DNA from: Wallemia ichthyophaga EXF-994
Taxonomy: Eukaryota > Fungi > Basidiomycota
DNA length: 62,000 bases
Reading direction: 5' to 3'
Assembly (NCBI RefSeq): GCF_000400465.1
Contig: NW_008806282.1
Location: 82,001-144,000, forward strand
Positions 10,962 to 21,986 of this stretch are shown here, in pieces. Position 1 is the stretch's first letter. Each line of letters starts with the position of its first letter. Position numbers and translations under genes: made by a program. The notes under the pieces were generated by a model. That model worked only from the letters and a program-made list of their open reading frames with translations, had not been told where the DNA came from and did not search any database.

Positions 10962-13900
10962 TTACCCCACATTTGCCCTCTCTGGATCCTTCATCCTGTG
11001 CACCTTGACCTCCTTGCCCAGCGAGATACTCGACATGTCCTGTGGCGTGATGAGCACGTACTGTATCCCTGTCGACGATTTCGCAGTTTCGATCTGTTGA
11101 GCGAGCGCGTCAGCAATCACCTCACAACAAATCCCCACACACCATCATTTTCATACTGATTTTGCGGTTAACAGCATCCATAAACACCTATTATCCGCGT
11201 TAGTCATGTCCTGTACCCACGCACTCCACCCACATCGAACTCATCCAGACATCTGATAGGACATCCAATCGCCTCCCATAGCGATAGGAGGAGGCAGATT
11301 GTAGAGAAGCTCTTCTCTCCGCCCGACAGCGACTTGGGATCCTTATCGCGTCTCCCCTGCGTAGCGAGCTGGTCGTCCGTCTGCACCATCAAATCGAGAC
11401 GTCTTTCACTGTGGTTGAAGTTGATTGTCCCGTAATACCCACGCACCGAGAGATGAAACATGAATTGGTACTTGGCTCGCATAGCGATGTGTTTACGAAA
11501 CTGCAGCCATTTCTGGGTACGCAAGTCGAGTGCCTTTTTAAGTTGGCGGATAAACGCATTCATCTCGTTTATATCTTTGTGCGCGCTATCTACGGCATCC
11601 AAAGCTCTGTGGTACTCTGCCGTCACTGCCTCTATGCCTTGTCCACTCCTCTGCTGCCGCGCGTGCAAGGCTGTTTCTATGCCCTGTATGTCGCGCTGTA
11701 TGTCCGTGACTGTGCGTGTCGTGTTCACTCGCCCTGGACATATCTCGTCTGCTTGCTCGAATGCTAATTTCAAGTCCCTCTCCAGTCTCCCCAATTTACT
11801 CTCGAATACACCTACTTTTTCTGACTCCTGCTGTTTCTGCTTGCGCCGGTGGTTCAGTGCTGCCACTGCCTGGTTATTTGCGTTGTGCGCATGTTTCAAA
11901 TTTTCCTCTATGTTCTGCCGCGTCTTGTCGTAGTCTGCCAGCTGTCTCTTCACCTCACTCAAACGCTCCATGTGCGGTTGAATGGAACTATTCAGTTCGT
12001 GCTGTTTGCTCGCTATCGCTGCATACTGCTGCTGCACTTTGCCCACCTCCTCCTTTTGCTCTGTAATGGCGTCGTCGAGTGCGGATATGTTCACCGGCTG
12101 CACACTCTGCAGACTCTCTCTCAGCTGGTTGATCTTCTCTTCACAATTTCTCTTCTCGTTGTATGCGCGGTTCTGTTCGCCCTTGTGTCGCATTGCTTCC
12201 TGCCTCACCTCTTCCACCCTCGCTGATGTGCTCATCTCCTGTCTCTGAATTCCTTGGTAATTTGTTCTAGCTTCTTTCAGTCGCTCCTCGGCTATCCTGC
12301 GCGCTTCCGTGTAATCAGTCGTCAGTCGAGGCGCTCCCTTGTAAGGAGGGAGTGTAATAGTTGAGCTCCCCACACCACCGCCAACTTGGAATAGTCCATT
12401 TAGTACATAGCAGCTTGTCACATTGTTCGGTTGGTTTCTCATTATTTTGTCAGCATCTTGGCGATCTCTAACCAGTATTGACGACTCTGAACGCGATTGG
12501 TTGACCAGTATACACCTCACTTCGGATGATTCACACTTTAATACCCTATCGATGGTGACAAACTCGCTGGATGGCTCACCGTTCGAGAAATCAAATGTCC
12601 TTTCACCCATCTGAATTACACCCGATGACGCGCCGTGTCTTTTCAAAATACCAAGCAACTTCTTACGGTCTTGGAAGTTGCTACAGGCGAATGCATTGAG
12701 CGTTCCACCCAACACACTCTCCAAAACTTTGCTCCATTTGTTATCGACCAATTTGACATATCTACCGAGTGGGCCGATTGGCTTTTCATTCCACTGCTGT
12801 CTTTCAATCTCTCTGATAATCTCAGGCATCTTATTTCCAAATGCTGCCTGTCTGTCGTTTTGAGATGCTCGAATTTGGTTAATGTCCTGCTGCGATTGCT
12901 GGATGTTGCTCTCCCAACCACTCTTCTGTCTCTTGAGATCTGCAAACTCATTCGATAGCGCTTCAGATTGGTTTCTCATTTCATCCACGTTCGATAAGGC
13001 CTCGAGTTCACTCTGGTTGTGCAACTCTATTTGCTCCTGCAGCTCATCCATCTTGCGACGCGTTTCATCGTTCTGTGCATTGTGGTCGATTTGCAGACGT
13101 GCATACTCTTCATTCTTCTGGTTCTCGAAGTCTCTAATTGTCGTTTGGATTTCATTGAGATAGTGGTTTAAATCGGCTTCCTCCTTTCTGTTGTTTTGGA
13201 GCTTAGTTTTGTGCACTTTAAAGTGGTCGTTGAGCGCCTCCTTCTCCTTTCTGAGTGCATTTAGTTGTGAGTCCTCGTCCATTGTGATCGATTCATATTT
13301 CTGCACCTCGGCCTGTGTCTCCTGATAGTCCATCTCGGCCGTTTGGAGAGCCTCTTCAATGGCGACCATTCTCTGCCTCGCCACCTCGTAGTCCTTCTCT
13401 TCGGCGTCGATATCTCTCTGCATCGCGGCGGGCACTGACCACGCTAGCTCGTTCTTCAGTTCAAGCAGTTTGTGCTGCTGATCTCTCGCCTTGGTCGCCT
13501 CTTTGTATCGCGAGTGTGCTCTATTTGCAGCCTCTTCTAGCGCTGGCAGCCTCTCCTTCTTATGCACGGTTGCGTCTCTCGCACTTGAGATGTTTTCGGA
13601 TATAAGCTGGTATTCGTCCGAGAGCTGCGTGAGCTGTGTGCCCTTAAGGAAGAAGTCATACTTCTCCTTGGCATGGCTGGCACTCAGGAATTGTCTCGCT
13701 TGGTCCTGGCTGAGGACGTTCATTGGGTTGTCGACCTGTATCATAAAGTGGTCGCAGATTGCTGTCAACTCCTGGCGCGTTGTGCTCACTGTTTTCCCGC
13801 TCGCACTTTTCAGCTTGAGGGCGTTGCCGATATCCCTCACCGTGCGCTCCACAACGATCGTCTTGCCGTAAACATCCTGCTTGTATGCTTCAGTGCCTTC

Positions 13901-14487
13901 GTTCTTTAGTTTGAGAATGATTTGTGCCTGGCTGTGGAAATTGTTGAGTGATCAGCCTCCGCGAAGAAGACACACCAACCTCTGACCAGATTTAATAAAC
14001 GACTTCAAGCTGCTGCCTCTGTTCGTAGCTGTAGCTCTCCCACCCAGCGCCAGAGTTATCGCTGTGAGAATTGCTGATTTCCCAGAACCGTTATGACCGA
14101 TGATGAAGTTGAGCTGAGGGCCCAAGTCAACTGGTGCTGTCAGCTGGATGCTCTGGATAGCCACCTGCACGAAACTCACAGGATAAATACTTGTGGCACA
14201 TGAAATTGTACACCTCCACGTACTGGATAATTCCAGCAGCTGCGACTCTTCCCTTGCTTTTCTTCTGCGTCTGGTCCTGCCTCTGTTCCTGCGCCACTAT
14301 CTGCATCTGCGCCGCATCAATCTCCTCATCTTCTTCGAGCTGGTCGTCGTCTTCTGAATTACCACCCTTGTGCTGCTTGTGTGGCGGCTGGAGATTATTT
14401 TAGCGCGTAAAACACCAGTAAATCCCCACCCACGCCATCTGTATCCTCCTCCAACAACAATCCATTATCCCGTTTTCCGCGTTTCAT
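10962..14487 (-). CDS. SMC6: Structural maintenance of chromosomes protein 6
   Basis: Walker A region NFIIGHNGSGKSAILTA, NFMCHKYL, long coiled coils, hinge PIGPLGRYV, signature [44 protein letters not shown], and QYVLITPQD. Multi-exon; boundaries approximate. Confidence 0.92.
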
Positions 14488-14507
14488 TAGTGATGATAAC
14501 CGAGAAG

Positions 14508-14587
14508 ACGCGTGTGTCATCATCGAGGGTGGTGTTATACTTTTATCGTACACATTCTCATCTCAAGTTTCCTTTTGGTAAACGCGT
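14508..14587. promoter_or_regulatory. Two MluI cell-cycle boxes (ACGCGT) upstream of SMC6
   Basis: ACGCGT at 14508-14513 and 14582-14587, within 100 bp of the SMC6 ATG. MBF control of SMC and DNA-repair genes is known in yeasts; function here is inferred. Confidence 0.5.
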
Positions 14588-15087
14588 TCTTTTACATGCA
14601 TCATTTCGGTCCTCGAAAACACACAGCAGCTAGTTCCTGTTCGCTCTGGGCCGTCGATAGCACACTTGATTGATAAATTCTCCTTTACTGCTATGTATTT
14701 TGTAGCTTTGAGCCGACTTAGTACAAATACAGCCTTCCTTTCACCTAAATCAGACTTTCCTGAACAATGAAAATTTCTGTTGCTGCCATTTGCAACACGA
14801 GCAATGGGTTAAGAACAAAGTAAAGACTTTCATGACATATTCATAGCATATTTTAACCGGTTCAAACAATCTGAAAAGGGTACGCATTGATATTTGTCTC
14901 CTGAATATATATGAACGTTTGCATTTGCAATATCAACAGCAGTGATATGAGAATGAAGAACAATTCGTTGGAAATTGACCTTCAATTACAATCGCCTACT
15001 GCCTTTGGTTGATTAGGGGCTCCCGCGCAAGTCAAATAGATTGACAGCCGGAGCTTCAAATCCATTCACTCTAAATCAATTACTCTC

Positions 15088-15129
15088 GATGTCATCGAAC
15101 TCTTCCATGTCGTCGACGTCAATACCCTT
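15088..15129 (-). repeat. Perfect 42-bp copy of the EF-3 terminal coding sequence (15561-15602)
   Basis: gatgtcatcgaactcttccatgtcgtcgacgtcaataccctt occurs at both 15088-15129 and 15561-15602. Confidence 0.95.
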
Positions 15130-15557
15130 TTCCTCAGCTAAGAAAACCAAGCGTGTCAAACGTAACAGAATTGTCATCGACTTTAACTAGAATCGTCGCT
15201 TGATGCAAAGACTTCAAGAGTCAAGTTGTCTCATTTTATATTGCTACAAAATATTTGCTAACTATATTTTCTTGCTCAATCTTTTTGGAACAGTCTTTTC
15301 GCTCAAGCAAACGTCTTGAAAATCTTCTTTGTCAAACTTCTTTCTTGATAAATCTTCATTATCCTTGGACAATCACATACTCAAACTCATCGTGAGCATG
15401 TGTTTGCCTTGTGTGTTAATCAGTGTTAACAATATTCAGCATCAACAGCTAGTCATATCAACATCCTGCTTGTATTAAGCACTATGCCTGTCAGCTTCAA
15501 CGAGTAGACTAAACGAGTGAAATAAAAGATTCATAAAATAGAAGAATAGCTACACGA

Positions 15558-18500
15558 CTAGATGTCATCGAACTCTTCCATGTCGTCGACGTCAATACCC
15601 TTCTTCTTGAGCGCCATACGTTCCTTCTTCTTCTTTCTGAGCTCAGAGGCGTTCAATCTGGCCTGTTTCTTTTCGCTGACGATCTTGTTACCAAGGGCAT
15701 CAAACTTGTCTTCTTCATCGTCCTTCTTCTCAATCTTGGTCTTACCTTGACCTTCGACCTATAATGACGTCAGTGAGATATTTTCCAGAAAAGTGTGATA
15801 TTTCTACTTGCCCAATTATGACCTGATGCTTCCAAGTAACCGTCTCTCATTGCCCTGTGTAACGCTGTCAGTATTATTCACACTAGTAACAAGTGTCACC
15901 CACCAAACTTCGGAACAGATCGATTCGGAGAATTCTCTGTTGTGAGTGATGATCAAAACACCACCACCGAAGACCTTGAGGGCTTCAATGAGTGCTGCGA
16001 GTGACTCTCTGTCGAGATAGTTTGTTGGCTCATCCAAACAGATTACGTGTGGCTTTCTCCAGGTGGCAGCACCGAGAACAACCTTGACCTTTTGTCCACC
16101 AGAGAGACCTGCTTGGGTGTAAGAAATAGACTCTAAGATACTATATCACCATACCTCTCATGGTGTTGTGGGTGGTGAACTCTGACTCGAGACCAAAGTC
16201 CTCAAAGTGCTTCTCGATCTCCTTACGCACAAGTGGTCTCATCATACCGAGTCTCTGGGCCTCACGGGTGTCAACCTCCATGACCTTCTTCTCGAAACCT
16301 CTCTTGACGAGCTCGTCGCGAGAGAACCACATGTTGTCAGCAGAGGACATGCCCTTGAAGCCACACTCGTACTCGTAAGATTGCTTGAGCTTCTTACGGC
16401 CGACAATCTCCTCAATGTAGCGCTTCTGGCCTTCGATGATGACGACAGAGCCGTTCTTCATCTTCTCAGCCTCCTCCTCGGTGATTTGGCGCGTCTCCTT
16501 CATCATCTCCTCGAGATCCTCACCTGTCTGGTATCTCCAGAGCATGTACTCGAGTGGGGTCTTGTCGAGGTGGTTGTCGATGTGGTGGAAGGCGTGCTGG
16601 GCGACATATCCGATAACCAGGTTAGGGTGCTTCCATACCTCACCGCTAATGTTTGGCTCAATGTCACCGATGAGCAGCTTGACGAGCGTCGATTTACCCG
16701 CTCCGTTTGGTCCGAGGACGGCAACACGTGACGAGAGGGATACTTGCAGCGTTATGTCAAACAGCTGTTGCACCTTGGCGGTAGGGTACTGGAAGTTCAC
16801 CTTACGCATCTTGAGCAGCGACTTCTCCTTGGTCTTGACACCCTCCAACATTGGTGGCTCTGGGAGAATGAACTTGTACTCCTCGCTAGCGGCAATCTCG
16901 AAGAAGGACTTGGCCTCTGGGACGAGTTTAGCAAAGTTCTCGAGGTTACCTGGGTAACGCTTGATCTTGAACTTGCTCAAGTAGATGACGTCGGTGATGG
17001 TCTTGTTGAGGAACTCCGAGTCGTGGGACACAATGATGGAGGTACAGTGGGTGAGGGAGGTAAGGTAGTCAATGATCCATTGCACGTTCAACACATCCAA
17101 GTGGTTGGTTGGCTCATCGAGCAACAAGATGTCGGCCTTGAAGAGGATGGCTCTGGCCAAGGCAAGCTTCATCTTCCATCCACCAGAGAGAGAGCCGATG
17201 GACTCGTCTTGGCGCTCCTCACTGAAACCGACAGTGGCCAAACCTTGTCTGATCTCAGCTTCGTCAGCCTCAATACGCTTGTCAGCTTGGACGAATTGGA
17301 CAACAGTGGTGTCTTCCTCGCTACCGTCAATGTCGTGCTCGACGTAGAAGGTACGGACTTCGTCTGGTGATGGGAAACCTTCAACTTGACCATTTACAAT
17401 GGCTCTCATGAGAGTGGATTTACCGGTACCGTTACGACCAAGGAGACCGTATCTGTGACCTCTCTTAAGACGAAGGGTGGCGGTGTTGAGAAGAATCTTA
17501 GCACCGTAAGCCAATGAGAAGGTACAGTTACAGAGATCTTCACCCTCCTCTTCGTCAGGGAAGACGTGCTCAACCTCGGCATCGTCAGCGGAGGTCTTTT
17601 CGAGCAACTCCTTGACGACGGCCTTTGCTTGTGAGTTGACAGAGGCTGGGTCGACAGCGTTGAGTTGGAGAGAGATGAGCTGGACGAGAGCAGAAGTCCA
17701 CTCAGTTTCCTCACCGCAGCGAGCATTTGAAAGCTCTTGGCCGAGACGGGCAATGTATGCGACGAAGCAGTCGTCAGCCTTGGCGAGAGAGTCACCAGTG
17801 TTCTTGAGAGCGGCAACTAAGACATCAACAACGTGGTTGAGTTCGATGGTTTTGATTGGTGGGAGATCGGTACCATCCGAGTTTTCTGGTACGCTACCAA
17901 CTTGACGGAGCTTCTTGATAGCGCGGTTGACGACAGAACGTGCTTCTGGGTCAGCGACAGATTCCTCAATCTTGATAAGACCTGGAAGAAGCTTTGGAAG
18001 GAAAGGACGAACGATACGCTCGTTGTCGACGAGGGTGGACATGTTGTCGATAATGACAGCAGTCTTACGACGGAGAGCAGTTTGACGTTCAGCGAGACCA
18101 CGAGAGAGAAGAGGTTCCATGAGGGCAAGGGTTGGTGAGTCGACCTCAGAAACGAAAGTGGTAGCGGCCAAAACTTGGATAGTTGTTGGGACCTTTTCGA
18201 CTGGGTTGATGAGACATTCTTGGAGTGCAGGAATGAATTTTTCAATATCCTTGTTGTTGACCTGGAGTGGAATATTGGTTAGTACATCAAGATAGCCACT
18301 TCAAAACACCCTCACAAGAGAACAAAGCTTCTTCAAAGAAGAACGTGCAGCCTTCTTGACATCTGATTTGGTGTCCCACATAACTTCAGCAAGAACAGGC
18401 ATACAATCCGGCATGAGACGAGCCATTTGGTCAGGGACAGATACAACGAGCTTGTTGAGAACAGCCAAACCACCAGTCTTAATTTGCCATTTACCTGCGG

Positions 18501-18918
18501 TTCTGATTTGCTCGAGGAGTGGTGGCAAAATGAAGGCAGTGGCCCAGTTGTTCATGACTGCGACGAAATCTTCAACGGCCTTGACAGCAGCATCTCTAAC
18601 AGCATTGCTCTTATCAGCGAAAGCTTCCAAGAGAGCGCCAAAGACGTCGTGTTGGGTTGAAAGAAGGAGGTATGGCTCAACAGGAGTGAATTGGCCACCT
18701 GCGACGATAGCAGAGATCAATTCGGCTGCGCCCTGTCTAGCGGTTTCGTTCTTCTTTTCAGATAAACCGCCGAGGATAGATTCAGGGAGAGAGAGAGTGG
18801 CGACTGCAGCAGGGCCACCGTCCTTGATAACTTTTACAACAGCTTCTTGAGCTGCGTTACGCGCGGCTTTATCAGCGTTGAATATGGCTGAAGTGTCTAA
18901 CTGTCCCGGCGTAGGCAT
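15558..18918 (-). CDS. YEF3: Fungal translation elongation factor 3 (HEAT + two ABC domains + chromodomain insert)
   Basis: [86 protein letters not shown] and Lys-rich tail. Introns near 18264-18312, 16110-16155, 15850-15900, and a GC-AG intron at 15811-15759. Confidence 0.95.
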
Positions 18919-19018
18919 TTCCTCGTGGTTCTTGGTTAAGAGAAGGTTGGAATCCAACTTGACGAGCTTGTGAGATAATTTTTTAAAATATTCCGGGAAG
19001 AGCGTGAAAACGGTGTAG

Positions 19019-19576
19019 ATGAGAGTGTACACGTATTTATTAAATAAAATACCAAAATTAAAGGACTGGTCGAGGTCAGATGCGTCTCCGGTGGCTGCTT
19101 TGGTCGGTGGAGATAAGCCCAGGCAGAAGGAAGCGAGAAGACAGGATGCTAGTGGACCAGAGAACAAGGAAATGTGGATGAGGCATGCTTCAAGGATTAA
19201 GAATAAATATCCAGATGGCTGGCAGCCAAAGAATAAGCTCAGTAGGGGAGCTATGAATGGTATAAAGGAGCTACACGATTATGATCGTGTGGAGTTTAGC
19301 GTGGAAAACTTGAGTAGGCGTTTTAAGAGATCTCCGGAGAGTATACGTAGGGTTCTCAAGAGTAATTGGGTGCCTAATCAACTCAGGGCCAGTGAGCAGA
19401 ATGAGCGAGCGGAAAGGGGAGTCACGAATGAATTAAATTCATCTCAATCATCTCGGCCGCCTCACGGTACACACGCATCTCACACTCACCCAAATCGCAA
19501 ATCATTCTCAGATAACGTAAACGCCATCAAACAATATCTATCAAAGCATCCATCAAAACACTCAAACTCAAGTTGA
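19019..19576 (+). CDS. RRG9: Mitochondrial Rrg9/Neugrin-family protein
   Basis: GWQPKNKLSRGAMNGIKELH...LSRRFKRSPESIRRVLKSNWVP matches the recalled Neugrin/Rrg9 motif. Confidence 0.75.
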   Translation: MRVYTYLLNKIPKLKDWSRSDASPVAALVGGDKPRQKEARRQDASGPENKEMWMRHASRIKNKYPDGWQPKNKLSRGAMNGIKELHDYDRVEFSVENLSRRFKRSPESIRRVLKSNWVPNQLRASEQNERAERGVTNELNSSQSSRPPHGTHASHTHPNRKSFSDNVNAIKQYLSKHPSKHSNSS

Positions 19577-19583
19577 ATGACTA

Positions 19584-20225
19584 TCACCAGTTATAATAAG
19601 GTACAGGGTTTATAATCTTTGGAGACTCCCTCACCACACCAGGTGATCTAGTTTTGTTGAGAATTTTCATCCACTTTTGGTCCTTTTGTTGAGATATTGA
19701 GGGGTGAGGGGTGAGTAGTATCTTAAGCCTAGACTGTGGATGCTGCTTAATACCAGTTCTCATCCTACCTTTAATATCAATTCTCTTATCAGGCGTACCT
19801 CTATTAACGTATGCTTGATTAACGACAAGGTTGTGTCTGTCAAGACCCTTGGCAATGGCATGATCTCTAGCCAGCACGAGAGTACTCTTGATTCTCTTAC
19901 TAGCCCTCTTTTCACTGAATTGCATCTGGAGAATAGCGCTATCTATTGGCTTATGGGCGATCTGTCTACCCAAATCGTTTAGTTTTTTATGAGAAATTTT
20001 AAACCAAGCGGTAGAATAGGAGTGAGAGGTGTGTGTCTGTGTTGGAATTGGTAAGGGCTTTGCAGTTGGCTGTATAAGTGAAGATGAAGTATCCTTTGGT
20101 GCTGGCTTCTCGCTCAACTCAGGCTGAGCTTCGAGCTGCTTAGAGAACTTCTGCAGCTGCTGACTAAACCAAGGGAGTTTAAATGCTGATGATCTAGTCG
20201 ACGTTGAGAATTGGCGAAGACTCAT
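19584..20225 (-). CDS. MRPL22: Mitochondrial ribosomal protein uL22m
   Basis: FKISHKKLNDLGRQIA...AILQMQFSEKRASKRI, KRIDIKGRMRTG and a presequence-like MSLRQFSTSTRS. Confidence 0.85.
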   Translation of the reverse strand: MSLRQFSTSTRSSAFKLPWFSQQLQKFSKQLEAQPELSEKPAPKDTSSSLIQPTAKPLPIPTQTHTSHSYSTAWFKISHKKLNDLGRQIAHKPIDSAILQMQFSEKRASKRIKSTLVLARDHAIAKGLDRHNLVVNQAYVNRGTPDKRIDIKGRMRTGIKQHPQSRLKILLTPHPSISQQKDQKWMKILNKTRSPGVVRESPKIINPVPYYNW

Positions 20226-20253
20226 GGGATGGTGGTTACAGACAACAACCAAG

Positions 20254-20612
20254 ATGGCGATATCGATTGGGAATATTTTCTACATTTCATTATTGCTGGT
20301 AAATTCTATTGCCATTTTAAATCAAGAGAGGTTTCTTAGTAGGAGTGCGTCGTATCCAGCCAGCCAGCCATCCCAGCTATTGACACACACTCCCAGTCGG
20401 TTGGACACAATCAAATAATATTTATCAAGATGAAAATATCAAGACGAGGCTAATTAATTTAATCTCAGCTGTTAGAACCCTGATGAGATGTGAGTCGCTA
20501 GATAGTTGGCACACTAACACACATTAACGCAAACATACACACACACACACACACAGTCCCCCTTATTATACTCAATATCATTGTAATCATTTATCAAATT
20601 ATACTCGGCTAG
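20254..20612 (+). CDS. YOS1: ER-Golgi transport protein Yos1 (3 exons; not in the ORF track as a full gene)
   Basis: Spliced product MAISIGNIFYISLLLVNSIAILNQERFLSRIGW...IKTRLINLISAVRTLMRFPLIILNIIVIIYQIILG matches the Yos1 pattern. Confidence 0.85.
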
Positions 20613-20990
20613 TGCTTAAGTGTCGGCCAGGACAATGACCCAATTTTTCAATTTTTAGAAATATCGGGAGATAACCTGGCCTGTATTTACTCTAGCCAAT
20701 AGAGTACACGCCGTCTATCATTATCATCATAGAGGCTTTTTTTAACTCTTAAACGGCTTAAAGCATCTCTTCATCGTTTTTCTCGCTTAAAAACCCCTCT
20801 TAACGCGGCTTAACCGGGGTTAACAGGGAGTCTTTTAGTGGGAATATTCCAAGTTACAGGTTAGCTCATTAAATCACCCAATATACCTACAAAGCACCCC
20901 AAATTACCTACAAACACGCGCATCAGTAAAGACCACAAACACGCGACTGTCTTTCTTTTGTCCAACTATTCCATTTAGTCTCAAACGGCC

Positions 20991-21954
20991 ATGACGACGT
21001 TGATCACGTGTATGCTCAGCGTACTGGGTGTATTGGTATGTGCAATCGCCCGCACTATACACCCTCCTTCGGATCTGATCATTGCTGTTCCCCCGCGCAT
21101 ACCCTTTAGTTAGTTTGAGTTGAATGTCGCTGGATCTCACCTCTAACACGCAACCAGACGCGCCATTTCAATGGGGTTACTCGTTTAATGATACAAACAG
21201 CCAACTCTTCCGTTTCGATTACACTCTTGCGCGGCTAATCGCCCCGTCGGGCGAATCCTCGTCCCAGCAGCCCAATGGGACACTTGCGCGGATGTTCCCC
21301 GACAACATTGACAAAAAGAGCACGCCGTATGAATTCAAGTTGCCAGAAGGCACGCAGAGTCATTCGTCGTATGGGAAGAGACGTGCAGAGCGAGGGGAGC
21401 ACACCATGCACACCATGCACACCATGCACACCATGCAAGCGCGTTCGAGCAACATCTATACCATAGACAAACAAGCAATCAACACCACCACCCCGCTCTG
21501 TTTAACCACGACCAACACATCCACACCGAGCTACTACGAATGGCACAACGCCACTGAACCTGGCCATTGGACTGTGGAAGTGCAGTCGATCCTCCTCTAT
21601 GGCAGCAATGGCTATGAAGAGAAAGGGAATGAGACGTGCATCTCACCACCCTTCGCGTATGAACGCGTGCACTCCGAGGCTCAATTTTCAGTGTCGACAC
21701 TCGATGTTGAACAAGTGGAAAAGGAGAGCGAGACTGGGGATGGTGGCACTGCTTCCATCACCACTACCACTACCACATCCACGTATTCCCCACAGACTAG
21801 CGCTTCAGCTACGCTCGTGCACACTTCCTTCTCTCCCTCGCCTACAGGTAACATACTTGTATCGGGGTATGACAGAGATGCAGCCGCGTCACAGAATCTC
21901 ACTCTCACTCTCACTCTCCTCTCACTCTCCTTTGTTATCTTATATCTCTTGTAA
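20991..21954 (+). CDS. Secreted Ser/Thr-rich protein, probably GPI-anchored; unknown family
   Basis: Exon 20991-21108 encodes a signal-peptide-like MTTLITCMLSVLGVLVCAIA. Intron 21109-21157 (GTTAGT...CTAAC...CAG) joins it in frame to ORF 21124..21954, which has a Thr/Ser stalk and a hydrophobic C-terminus. Confidence 0.7.
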
Positions 21955-21986
21955 TCATATCCATTTCGTTCGTCACTACCATCATC

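Noticed and set aside
15018-15056. Imperfect hairpin gctcc...gtcaa-ataga-ttgac...ggagc in the SMC6/EF-3 spacer
   Set aside because: The stems are short and there are no tRNA, snoRNA box or snRNA motifs, so it is compatible with chance.
18919-19167. 84-aa N-terminal extension of the EF-3 ORF in the track
   Set aside because: It starts from a non-ATG codon, overlaps RRG9 antisense and has no EF-3 similarity; MPTPGQ at 18918 is the likelier start.
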